DNA of 63,897 bases, the filler included, from Reticulomyxa filosa (Eukaryota > Protista > Foraminifera): the NCBI GenBank assembly GCA_000512085.1. It is 21 parts of 21 records of this genome, joined end to end, with 100 filler letters (N's around TTAATTAATTAA, not from the genome) between each part and the next. Parts side by side here need not be neighbours in the genome. Positions count along the whole stretch, not along the records: positions 25,257 to 26,680 come from ASPP01029872.1; positions 26,781 to 35,378 come from ASPP01034440.1; positions 35,479 to 37,413 come from ASPP01022579.1; 18 more parts are not named here. One strand, given 5' to 3'. Each line of letters opens with the position of its first letter. Positions within the stretch are counted from its first letter, which is position 1. The position numbers were made by a program, and so were the translations under genes. Below are positions 25,408 through 37,413 of the stretch, in pieces. The notes below the pieces were generated by a model. That model searched no databases. It saw only the letters and a list, made by a program, of their open reading frames with translations, and was not told where the DNA came from.

Positions 25408-26680
25408 ATGGCCGATCGTTTAACGCCGCATTTAGCTGTGGTGGCTGGCACCGGAGCGATTGCTCTGGCAGCGGCCGGCGTCGCCGATATTTCACTCGGG
25501 GGCGTAGCGGGCTTCGCCTTGGGGGTTATGGGGAACGCCGTACATGGTGCCGCGACTTCCTATGGAGGCTTGGCTGGCCTCTACGAAGATCTAGGAATCA
25601 AGGAAGCGCCGCCCACCAACCATGACCTTGAGCAGGCCTATCGTCTGGCCGAACTCGGAGGTACCCTGCAGATGCTAAAATGCTATGCAGAGGCTTGCGG
25701 CTTTCGCGTGCCGCCAACGACACTCATTGGCAAGAAGCGCGAAAAGCTCTTTGGCTGGAGCTTGAGCAACCTCGAAAGTCCTGAAGCGCAATACATCGAG
25801 CGGCTCCGAGTGTCATACATGGAAGGGTTTGACGCTGTTCGAAAAGACAAGAGCAGTGCAGATGCCGGTGGCGTTTCGTTGGTCACCTTGCGAGACATCG
25901 TCGCCGCAGGAACGGACGACTCGCAAGAATCCCGAAAGCAAGTTGATCCGCGTGAGGCTTTGGTACGGCGCGTTCTTTTCGAGTTCAGTCTGATTGCCGA
26001 CAAACCACCCTCTGCAGATTTGGAGAGGGCATTGCGTACCGGCCACGTTCAGAACGGCAAGACTATACCGACATGGTACGGCCTCGTCGTGCAATCCTTC
26101 GTTCATTTCCTGAAGAAGAAACCTGCCGCAGAGACAGGTTTAATGCTTCAGCTAATGGCAACGGTTGCACGACGATCGGACGGCCTGGCGCTGTCTTCTG
26201 AGAATTTGACGATGGGCTTGGAAGCTTTTGGTGAAAGCCTTGGCGTCAAAATTGGTGAAGTGTCGGATCAGATCGAAGTTTTGGCCCAAGAGGTTCAGAC
26301 CTTTCGAGAAATGACAGAGGCTTATCTTCCGGAGATGGCACGAGACCTTGAGGTCATCAAGGACAAGCTCGATGCCCAGCCTACCAAGGCTGACTTCGAA
26401 AGGCTGCAGAGCGTAGTCCTCGCAGCAATCGCGCCACGAAGCGGCGGAGCGAGCGCGGACGCGCAAACGGCAGCCCATCTCGCTTACGAGCAAGAGCGTG
26501 CGGCAGAAACAGTGTCGGTGGAGGTTTTGTCCTCTGAGGCTGACGCCGATATGGCGATGGCTCGGAGGCTGATCGAGTTGCACGACTCCTCTGGCGCGGA
26601 GCGCGTCCTGAACGCTGTGTTGACGCGTCGATTGGCCGACCGAACGACAGCAGCAGCCGAAGCCGCAGAAGCCGCCAGAC
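25408..26680 (+). CDS. Bacterial-type protein: Gly/Ala-rich hydrophobic N-terminus, NHDL-containing helical domain, coiled coil, start of TPR-like helices; 3'-partial
   Basis: Intronless ORF of more than 420 codons in a contig with GC around 55-60% by eye and no homopolymer tracts. Confidence 0.8.
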
Positions 26681-26780
26681 NNNNNNNNNNNNNNNNNNNN
26701 NNNNNNNNNNNNNNNNNNNNNNNNTTAATTAATTAANNNNNNNNNNNNNNNNNNNNNNNNNNNNNNNNNNNNNNNNNNNN

Positions 26781-29700
26781 GACACTATCCCTTCTGCCAT
26801 TTCATATTTGTACGCTTCTAAAATAATCACTCCTCAAAATAATGCAAATGTGGACGTTAATGCCGAACTCCTCAAATTATTCTTATCTTTGCAATCTCCC
26901 TTAAAGGCTGTAAATTTGAAGCCAAATAAACGTCTGCAGAACAATGACGAAAACCAACACCAATTTCCTACATTCGTTAAGAATATTGCAATATCTTTTT
27001 TTTAAACAACAAACAAAAATCAAGGCATAAAGCAACCGTAAATTAAATGAATGGCTTTTTCTGATTAAAAAAAGGTCAAAATACTTAAGGAGCCAAGATT
27101 ACAGAGCGATGAACTATTGTTGGTACTGACTGTGGATTGGACCGAACTATCTTTCGACAAAGATATGACGAATGCAAAAATGTGGAATCATACTTGAAAG
27201 TGGGCGAATTTAAAAAAGACATTGATGACTTTTTTCAAAGCAATAACCAACATAGGTTGATGTTGCAATATCAACACAAAAGCAATGATTTGACGCAATA
27301 TTTTCAGATCAAATCTATTCTTGAAAATGCCCATCATACCTATTCATTGAATAATCGAAATAATCCAAAACTAATTATTTTTATTGTGTACAACATGCGA
27401 ATCTTGCATCCATTTCCGATCATTTTTTCAAGGTTTTTCTTGTTGTGAAGCACAAATCTATTGAAAAATAATATTTTTTTTTTAATAGAAAATGGAAAAT
27501 GGTGTTTATTGAATCGTTGACAAGCGACGCACCAACGCTGTTGAAAGAATTATGTGCACCCAACTCTTTGCCTATTGAACAAATTGCACATGATCAATCA
27601 TCTGCGCACGTACATATATATTATTTTATGTTGATTGGTTGATATTTGTTTGACACTTGTAATCTGATAATAGGTACTGAACAAAGGTTTACAATGTGGG
27701 TTTTATCGCTTGAAATTTTCAAATCTCATTAAAGTTCGTTTTGAACTTACAAATTTGTTTGGTTCCAGATTGCTAGAAATGCAAAACGTAATGTTACAGC
27801 GACTGCAACGGATAATACGGAAAACGGCTTTGATGGATGATTTAATTCTAGATTTCAGTTTTCAACAAACTATGCAAACAAAGCAGCGTAACAATTACAC
27901 GAAAGAATGCCAATTTGTTGTCGACTCTGTTAGTAGCTATGGGATGGACAAGGATGCTTTTGTCTTTTTACGATAATTGCTATTTCAAGGTTTGTTTCCA
28001 CAAAAAAATAAATAAAAATTAAACGAAGCTCAAAAAAAACAACAAAAAAAGATATTTTTGCAAGCAATACAGAATAAAACCGAATCGACGCGACAATTGG
28101 AAAATATATTCCTGCAAAGTGCAGGGAATGCATCGCTTATCCCATTGATTGAGTGGGATGAAGTATGGGGAAAGCAGCTCCATCTTTACAATGTAAAAGT
28201 AGACTACGAAGCACTATTTCCATTTAGTTGGAATTTTCATGTTTGGTGCTTCGAGAGAATTGACAAAATCTTAGACATGGAGATATTCCTATTTAGCACA
28301 ATAACACATACTAACTTCAGACCAAAAAATAACACGATTAGTTCAAATGAAGACGTGGAGAAAAGTGCAAATCGACTGAGAAATATTTTGCAAACATGTA
28401 ATGAGCCTTTTACATTGTTGAATAAATGCAATCACCAAAATTGTGAATATTACACCAAAGACGTGATTCGAGGAAAGTATCACATGTATATTAAATTGCA
28501 AGGTGATGATCAACTCTGTGCCTGTATTAAAGGCATTGTATTTTGCATGGTTTGGCTGGTGAGTGGAAAAAATAATCGTATTCATATTCCAATGATCGAA
28601 TCAGTTTTTTATCACTTTGACAATGTCATTGTGCAATTTGTGCTATTGTTATCTCTTTGCAAAAATGATATCAATCTCTCAGATATTATTGAAACATTGT
28701 CAAAAGCAGATAAAAAACCATTGGACCAGTTGATGGCAGTGGCAGTGACACTGACCAATTATTTTTTGGAGTGTGTGCCGCAAGAAAATGCATTGCAAGA
28801 GTTCATGTGCAAGATGGCTATGGCGTGTGATGCTGTAATAATAATTTTGAAATTCTGGAGAGAAAAACAGAAACAAAACAAGATCGAGATCAAAAGCAGG
28901 AGGAAGGTCTGATTGGCCGGAACATATTGTCAGCATGTCGACAGCTATATATGAAACACCTTGTGATGAAATATAAATGGACAATGAGTGGACCTCTTTC
29001 ATCTCTTCCACACAGGCAAATGGCAATGGACATAATAGCATTGCCCAAAGATGGATTTTTGAAAGAACAAAACACTCTTATTGAAATTATCGCAGCTGTT
29101 TCGAAAGAGATCGATTGGACAACACAAAACCAGACACAATTTATCTACGATTTGCTATGTACTGTTCAGCATGTGGAAGATCTGGGTGATAAGACATATC
29201 AGTCCAATCTTCGATACACCCTCGAGACTATGTTTCACACACCGGAACAAGTTCTCACTTCGGTATCTTCCTCGTTTTTGAAACACTTGTTAATGTTTCA
29301 AGTTTTGGATTATCTTGTAAGAAATAAATGGGTGCCAGCATTTGAGCTTCATAATGATAAAAGTGTGATTTTGAATCGAGTGTACGAAAGGCTATATGCC
29401 AAGATTGAACTGGACGAAAATGCGCTGAATTCACGTATTAACGATAACAATGATCGAATTGTATGCATTTCAAAATTGAAAGCTCAGTTGACCTTGTGTA
29501 TTATTTGGCTATGTGAAAATGCAACAATCGGAGACGACTCAATGAATCAAGATGTTATATCTATTTGGAATAAGATTTGCAACGGTTTATTGTATTTTAA
29601 AACCTATCAAAAATACTATGACTGTTTGTGGAAGTTATATCAACGCAGTTTGCACATATGGTTTTTGAAGCAATGTTGTGTGTACAAAGGCTTTCATTGG

Positions 29701-32296
29701 ACACAAATGTTTCTGACACAACCGGCTGTTCAAAGGCAATTCCAAAGTAGCGATCTCACAGATGTCATTTCCAAATTCCGGCATCAAGCAGACATTGAAT
29801 GGTTTATCAATACTTTTAACAATGATTTTGGTGATCGTTATCGAATATTCAAAAAATATCTGTCATCGGGAAACATTGATGCTTCTTGGGCTTATGAAAA
29901 TCAACACTTTGCTTGTTTATTGACTACTGCGTTGTGTTTGTTTAATTTTTCAAACTTTTCCGAAATTTGTTCGGCCATTTGCCGAGTTAAGAACGACTCC
30001 TTTTTCTTAATGGAGAACAAATGAAACAAATAGAATAGACTTGTTTGCAAAACGGCAAATAAAAATATAGAAATACGAGAATATTTGTTGAATTGTCGTC
30101 AAATAACTTCCGAGGTTGAATCCAATTGTATTCGAAATTTGCTTCCCATTCCTACACAAAAAGGAAAAATATTTTTCTCATCCAGCTGCAAAGATCCAAC
30201 AAGAGAAATTCTTGCAAGACTTTGTTTTCATTGGTTTTCTGCCCTTCAAATCGCTGGAAGTTATTTCCACATGCTCTTTTTTTCTTATTAAATCAAAGAT
30301 TGCCCTCTACCAAAAAGAGATGCTGATTGTCTGTTGATGTTGTGTATATGTACAAGAAAATCCATTCAAGCTGTTATTGTTGCACCCTGAAAAATTTGAA
30401 ACGGTTTCTGCTCCAGGCAGAGCGTCACAGCAAAAAGTGAAACACATAAGTACGTTTGTCCTTGGCTATTGTTCGAATGGACATAATTCATTTTTGAGCA
30501 GTCGCCAATACTTTGAAACTGCGGCACGGTGTGGAGATCCTTGGTGTAACCAAATCATTGCTGAAGCAAGCGCAAATGAAAGCAAAGCAACCGAACTAGA
30601 CTCTACGATGGAAAACAAAGAAGAGAGAGAAAAAGAAATTAAGGAGGTCTCTCCAGTGATTTGCACATTATTACAGCTATTAAATTTTCTAACCTTATTA
30701 CTGAGAGATGTAAGTTGTGCCAATGGCTGTCCCAAGCTCGAGAAAATACTGAAAATTCAAATGGATGACATAACTCCTTATTTATGGAAATCTGCTCATG
30801 CAAAATTCAAACGATTATCACGAATTATAGAACTGAATGACGAACAGCTCTGTGTTGCCTTGCACTGTTGGATATCAAAATTTCCCCAATGGCTCAATGA
30901 AGAATACCCTGATCAATTTGAAAAAAATGACTTCTATGATATATTGGATTTTGAAATGAGGGTTGAAAGTCATTATGCTACATTTTTCAATAAATTCAAA
31001 CATTTGTATGACGATATACAATTACCCACCAACTCAAATGAAATGCATAAAATTCTTTATGATATGAAAGAAAACAATAATACGGATAATTCCTTCAAGA
31101 AACAGTACATCCCTCATTTGTTCTTGATTACCCATCGTCTAAGCGTATCAAAACTGACTAATCAATTTTACTACGATCCTGAATTACAAAATAGATATCC
31201 ATTGCTGTTTCATACATTAAAGTGGATTGACAAACTTGGATGTGTCAAATTGTTACCTTCCATTGCACAATGGATAAAATATTGCTACACCCAATACTCG
31301 GGAAAATTGACAAAATATCAAGCCAAACGCAAATATGTTTGCGATGTCATTCAAAACAGTTGTAAAGATAATGATCTCTCTCAATTATGGAAAGCATTTA
31401 CCAAATATTGGACAGTTTTTGCTAGAGAAACATTAGAAACAAAACTGGATCCTGTAAACATGCCCTTGCCTTCAGATATACAAAAATGTACCATTGCTTA
31501 TAGTGTTGCACGACCAGAAAAGCAATACTTTACAATTGTAGCAATGATTGAGATGTCACAAGCCATTCAGAATGTTTTTTTGCAAAAGTTCAAACTATGG
31601 TCAAATCAAGAAGAAAATAAAATGGAAGAAAATGATATATGCAGTAACAAGGTCGTTTCTAAGTCTTTGTTTGATATTACCCCTCTTGATGTCATTTCAA
31701 TAGACAAGAAAACATTGAACACTATTATCCAATCTTATTATTGTCCGACATTGAAATATGGCAACAAAACAGCTGAACAACAGATTGATTTTCAATCTAT
31801 TGAAAATGAGATATATCATCGAGCTATTCGAGGTCGTCATAAGATCGATATTTCAATACCAATGTTTGAATTTGCAGATGAGTTAACTATCGAACACTGT
31901 TTGGAGATGCTTGAGCGTTGCCATCCGAATGTCAGAGATACGAATTTTGATGCAAATGAAGTAGAAGCTGTTCAGAATTTGCTCAATGATCCACATCAGA
32001 AACAACATGCTTTCGAAATTCTTTCGCAATTAGTTGTTTTGCTTAGCCATGATATTCAAAATATTGATTTGTTAAGATTTTACACAAAATCAGTTATATA
32101 TTCCCTTTCGTTTTTGTAAATCGTTTGTCGTTTGATATCCTTAAATAGAAATGAAGAAATATGTAATTGGATGAAATCAATGAACTTTGATGAAAAGGAT
32201 TATAATTTATTTAAGGAAAAAAACAATGGTTTACTTGTGAAACATGTTGGTGACTTGTGGCGTGCTTTCAATTACACAGGACTACAGCTTGAATAA
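26781..32296 (+). CDS. RNF213 (mysterin)-like giant E3 ligase, C-terminal half (E3 module, RZ finger, CTD); multi-exon, 5'-partial
   Basis: Motifs collinear with RNF213: KWKMVFIESL, FPFSW, YCSNGH...C...C (RZ finger), SPVICTLLQLLNFLTLLL, YPLLFHTLKWIDKLGCVKLLPSI, IDFQSIENEIYHRAIRG, KHVGDLW. Stop TAA at 32294-32296. Confidence 0.8.
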
Positions 32297-32496
32297 TCAA
32301 AAAGCCAGACTTTATAGTTCAACAAATCAATTTTTTGAAATTTCACGATAATATGTAATATCTTTTATACTGTTTTCATCTGGTTACATCAGCTTTGAAA
32401 ATTATATTGAAAAAAGTATGACACATATCTTTTTTTTAGATTTGTTGCGGTATGGTCGTGTCAAGTGTTGGAAAACTACTTGTTTCATCAATTCGT

Positions 32497-32679
32497 AATG
32501 CTTTTTGCCTTCACTACTTGCAAAACTAAGCTCTTAGTTAAAATATTACTTCATTCTAACAAATAGAACACAATAATAAAAAAAACAAAAGAAAATCACA
32601 AAATCTTACAACGATCAAAAGGTCTACATAAAAACAATTAAAGAAAGACAATAAGTTACTTCAATTTAAATTGAGATTA
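32497..32679 (-). repeat. Decayed 5'-truncated copy of the LINE 3' end found at 34866-35040
   Basis: Collinear shared blocks: GCTTTTTGCC, TAGTTAAAA, AAATAGAACAC, AAAATCTT, TTCAATTTAAATTGAGATT. Confidence 0.75.
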
Positions 32680-33639
32680 AAAAAAAAATTCAGCCACAAT
32701 CATACTAATTTCAACTTGCTAAAAAGTTGTCTTTTTGAGATAATTTGAGTTCATCTTCCAGTATTAAAGTTTATTTTGAAGTTCGCGTTTGATGATTTCG
32801 TTGGAAAACACTTCAGGAATTTTCAGTCGGAAAAGTGGATAACTTTCTGGAGAAAATTGCAAAATTATTGTAGTAAGTTTTTTTGAAATAATTATTGAAA
32901 ACATTAGACGGTCATTGGAGATTGATTGGAAGATCACATATTTGTGATTTCGTGGATTTTTTATTGTCAGGATTAAATTTTCTTATGAAAAAAAAGTGGC
33001 AAATAATCCCGATTGTTGGAAAAGGCAGTGAATGGACAGATTTGAAAGATAGTGCAATTAGATCAAAATGTTTAGCTTCTGGAACAGTGGACGTCCTCTT
33101 GCAAATTTTTTTTTTCGATTTATTTGAACTTAGTGAAATTTATTGGGAATTTTTTCATAGTACAGAAATATTTGGAAATTATGTTATTGATATTAAACAA
33201 CATTGAAAATGACTACTTAAAAAAAGATCGTGTGAAGATAAAAAGCAATATGAAGGCATTTTATAAACAAAAATTCACAAATGACGTATTATTAGCATTA
33301 TCAAATTATGAAATTAAAGAAAATAATGATCTGACAATAAGTGAAAATTAAAGTTGGAAATATCAAAACAATTAAAAGCTTACCATAAAATTACAATTAA
33401 CACATGCATATTACAAAGATTTCATGACAATTGTTATATCATAAATTTATACAGCAAGCTTGAAAAATCCCTTTATAAAAAAATTAATATTTAACACATT
33501 AATCATTAATACTAACTTGTTAAAAAAGTTGTATTTGAAGAGATTAAATATATAGTTAAACGTCTTAAGTTTTGAAGAAGAAACTTTTAATACTTGAAAA
33601 AAAAAATTTTTATAGTGACATATCAACAATCAACAAATG

Positions 33640-34800
33640 GAACAAAAAGAAAATGAAAATAATACAAAAAAAATTGTAAGTATTCAATCCAGTTCGGGAA
33701 AGTAAAAAGAAGTCAAAGAAACATTGGTTATTCAATTGATCAAATAAAACTATTCAATAGAATACCAATGGTATGGTGACATTGTCCAAATCTGAAGATG
33801 TAATGAAGATACTTCAAGACAAGGATCTTCAGAATGTATATACAATTGCACAAGCTGTATTATTTGATAAGAATAAATCAAGACCAAAGTCTTATTTTAA
33901 GCAATGTCAAAATTGCTTCAAGTTGAACCATGTCGCGAAAGAATGTCCAAGTATTTTGGTTTGAAGAATCATGAATCATCGAAATATCGACACAAGAATG
34001 ATCAAAGTCGACATCGGCGTGTATTATGCAAGAAGAATCGCCCAAGCGATTATGTGCGAAAAAATTAGAATCAAGTTGACCAGAATATAGAATGTATTCC
34101 TGCAAAAGAAAGCATCTCATTCTCAGTCAATTCAAATTAAGAAGAAACCCGACAATAAAGCAAATCACAATGAACCCAACAATCGAAGAAGAAAAAGAAC
34201 AAAACAAACATACAACACTCGTGCAGTCATTCAAATAAATGATACAAACCAAGAGATGAAATCAACATATCAAATACTGACACATGAACAGTAATAATAT
34301 GCTGATTTTTCAGAACAACATAAACGGCTTTTATTCAAAAGCCCAACTGCTGGAGCAGAACATCCAAATTCCAAAAATCAGGTTATGAATCGTGTTGGAT
34401 TGAAATTAGCATTCCGGTGAAAAGAAATTGATAATGTTCTGCAGTTTTTACAGAAACATTCAAAAAATGGCAACAAGATACAACCAATGCGGATGGATGC
34501 CAGCAATAATATGGATAAATTTGAAAAAGTAGTCAAAGGACTACCTGTGTGGTAGAATAAGCAAAACAAAGTATTGGAACAAGGATTATTTAGAAAGGAA
34601 ATAAACATTGGTGGAGTGATTCGCTCACATGAAAAGAAAAAAAGTCCATCGACTAAAAAGGAAATATAGGAAATGAACAGAATTGAATTTAGGCAATACA
34701 AGCGGGCAGCAATGCAATTGAAAAGAAAACTAAAGCAAAATCGCAGAGATGTTGGTGTCCACAACCACCAAGTTATTCTGAAGAAACGAAAGAACATTAC
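33640..34800 (+). mobile_element. Degenerate gag/ORF1-like retroelement fragment with a zinc knuckle
   Basis: QCQNCFKLNHVAKECP is CX2CX4HX4C (33902-33946). Flanks are riddled with stops, so the boundaries are uncertain. Confidence 0.65.
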
Positions 34801-34851
34801 CAATTGATATGAAAAGGGATAAAAATGAAAGATTTTCCGAATATTTCATCA

Positions 34852-35378
34852 TTTTTTTTTTAGATGCGCTGCTTTTTGCCCTCTACCTGCATAAACTCAG
34901 GTCTTTCTAGTTAAAAGAGCACATCGTTCTAAAAAATAGAACACTGTACTAAAAAAAAAAGAAACAAACAAAAGAAAGACACACAAAAATCTTAATCAAA
35001 AGAAAAACAATAAAGTTATTTCAATTTAAATTGAGATTTACTTGAGAAAACTTGATAATTATTCAAATTTTTCTCGGTATCGACTACGAACTTGGCTGCT
35101 GCTTTTACACATATGGTTTCTACGATCGATCCCCAATAATGAATTGTTTCATTGACAGGGACAATATATTGATATCTGGAAGCAATTCTTGGATATTTGT
35201 CCACCAATTGCGACTTAATTCACTGTACCGCAAACATTCCATCAGGAAATGCTCGACAGTTTCTTCTTCTTCACACCAAATACAATCAGGAGAATATGGA
35301 TTCAATCCATGATTATTTAGGAATACCGCTGATCTGCGCTTTCCTGCGAGCATTATTTGCAACAAGATCCACTTTATC
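34852..35378 (-). mobile_element. 3' end of a non-LTR retrotransposon: ORF2 C-terminal CCHC finger, 3' UTR and poly-A
   Basis: CIWCEEEETVEHFLMEC (CX2CX7HX4C), a frameshifted end ...SQFKLK* at 35016, an A/T-rich UTR and an A-run of about 10 nt at 34852-34861. Confidence 0.8.
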
Positions 35379-35478
35379 NNNNNNNNNNNNNNNNNNNNNN
35401 NNNNNNNNNNNNNNNNNNNNNNTTAATTAATTAANNNNNNNNNNNNNNNNNNNNNNNNNNNNNNNNNNNNNNNNNNNN

Positions 35479-35883
35479 AATAATAACAATAATAACAATA
35501 ATAATAATGAAAGTAACAATAATAACAAGGACAATAGTAACGACAATGAAAACACAACACAACAATATCACACAATGTTAAAAAAAAATACAATGAAACA
35601 TCATGACTTGAATGTAATCACGACGATGTCACCAGTGGATGAACGTCTTGATGATGTAGACCCTGCTATTACAAGTATAGGTCATCAACCCAGTTTGGAA
35701 CTTGTAATGATCAGTGACGCACATGGGCCTGTCGAAATGGATTCCAAAGGAACCTTTGAGTCAAAGGAAACTTCTCCTAATCAACAAAACCTTGACGCTG
35801 TCGGTGGCGTCGTACACTCTACATTGCATTCCAGTGACTCTTTTCATACTGATGTTAGTGACAGCGATCATGAATTAAAATAA
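35479..35883 (+). CDS. 3' end of an Asn-rich uncharacterised protein
   Basis: Open frame from the contig start through an AAT/AAC run to a stop at 35883. Confidence 0.5.
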   Translation, partial: NNNNNNNNNNESNNNNKDNSNDNENTTQQYHTMLKKNTMKHHDLNVITTMSPVDERLDDVDPAITSIGHQPSLELVMISDAHGPVEMDSKGTFESKETSPNQQNLDAVGGVVHSTLHSSDSFHTDVSDSDHELK

Positions 35884-37049
35884 TTGGCAAAGGAGGAAAA
35901 AAAAGGTGGCAGAGCTTGTCACAACACTCAACGCTTTTTGTTCAACTTTTCACCAAACTTTAATTGTCTATGCTCCCGATCCACAAACAACAAAAAATCA
36001 TTATATATGCTAACAATTGTATTGGTTTTGCTCATGCCTTTCTTTGTTAATGCTTTTTTTTTGCCATTTTTCGCCATTTTTCTTTCTTCTCATCCCTTTT
36101 CTTCTTTTCCATGAGTTTTTTCATCCTTCCTGGTCTGTATAGTTAATTTGTATGAACTCTGTGACCTCATTGTCTGGTGCGTTTTGTGCAAACTTTCCTG
36201 CTTTTTAACATTCGCGCTTTTTTTTTTTTAATAGTCTGAATTTCTTTATCACAAAAGGAAAATGGATCAGCCACTGCTTCATCAAATTCAATGTATAAAC
36301 AAAACATGCATGTATTACTGCTCTCTTGCTCTGTCTCAATAATTATATGTGCATAGACAAATGTTATCCAAAATCTGACTTGTTGACCTCCTTCCCATAA
36401 CTTTAAGTAATTTCTATAATTAAAGAGCCATTACAAAATTTGGAGGCCACGTGCACCAGTTGTTCGTAAAGTCTAGCTCTTTTTGAACGTTTTTCCTTTT
36501 CAATACTCGAACTTTTTTCAATCGACCAGTCCAACAAAAAGTGACGAAGATTTGTTTTTAATATGGAAATATTTCCAAGAAGGGAACTTGAGAATCAAGA
36601 TTGTGGAAGCATTCGATCAGTGACATGCACGTTGCAGCCTCTAGTACCGTTGTCAAGCAACAAAAATGGAAAAGCAATAAAACAAGACCCACTAACTGGA
36701 AAGATAATGGTTAAATTAGAAAATTGTTTGCTTTTTAAATGTTAGAAAAAGAAACTAGCGAAAATGGTCCAAACCATAAAAAAAAAAAAAAAAGATAACT
36801 AGATCCAAAGAGTCTGTTGACACTAAGACAAGCGTCTGCTCAAAATATTGCGATGATCACTTTCTGTTGAAATGCAATAGCCCAAAGTTACCACTTCTTT
36901 TCCCGTTTCTATTCGATTTAAATTACATTAGTGAATTTAGAAATCAGAGAGACGAAAAGTGGGATCGATTTAACTTTGAGAGATGTAAACTTTGTGGAGG
37001 AATGAATTTTTTTAAAAAATTGAAACGACAAAACAATAAAGAGACAACT

Positions 37050-37095
37050 GAAGGACAAAATAAAGAAGGACAAAATAAAGAAGGACAAAATAAAG
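37050..37095 (+). repeat. 15-bp tandem repeat GAAGGACAAAATAAA x3 (EGQNK)
   Basis: Directly visible. Confidence 0.9.
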
Positions 37096-37241
37096 AAGAA
37101 GCTAAAGAGATTCCAAAAAATGTTGAACCAAATCTGGTATGACATCAAAAAATAAATAACAATTGGATATTATCAGCAGTTTTTTAATTATTATTATTTT
37201 TTTTTTTTTTGGTGGAAAAAAAGAGCAAACAAGAGATCACC

Positions 37242-37324
37242 ATGACTTTGGAAAGTTGGTTGAGATTGTGTTCGATTGATTTCGGATGGATTGAAGAATT
37301 TAACAAAATCATTTTAAAATATGT
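37242..37324 (+). pseudogene. Fragment of the helical motif that precedes WD40/Kelch repeats in an expanded foraminiferan family
   Basis: MTLESWLRLCSIDFGWIEEFNKIILKY matches the remembered WxR...LGWIxDFxKxxxxY family motif; the surrounding frames are broken. Confidence 0.45.
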
Positions 37325-37373
37325 TGAGTGTATTTGTTCTATGTTCATCGAATTCTCATCGATTTCTGCGTAA

Positions 37374-37413
<40 letters not shown>

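Noticed and set aside
25257-26680. Horizontal gene transfer into the protist genome
   Set aside because: No junction with host-like DNA; the whole contig is foreign.
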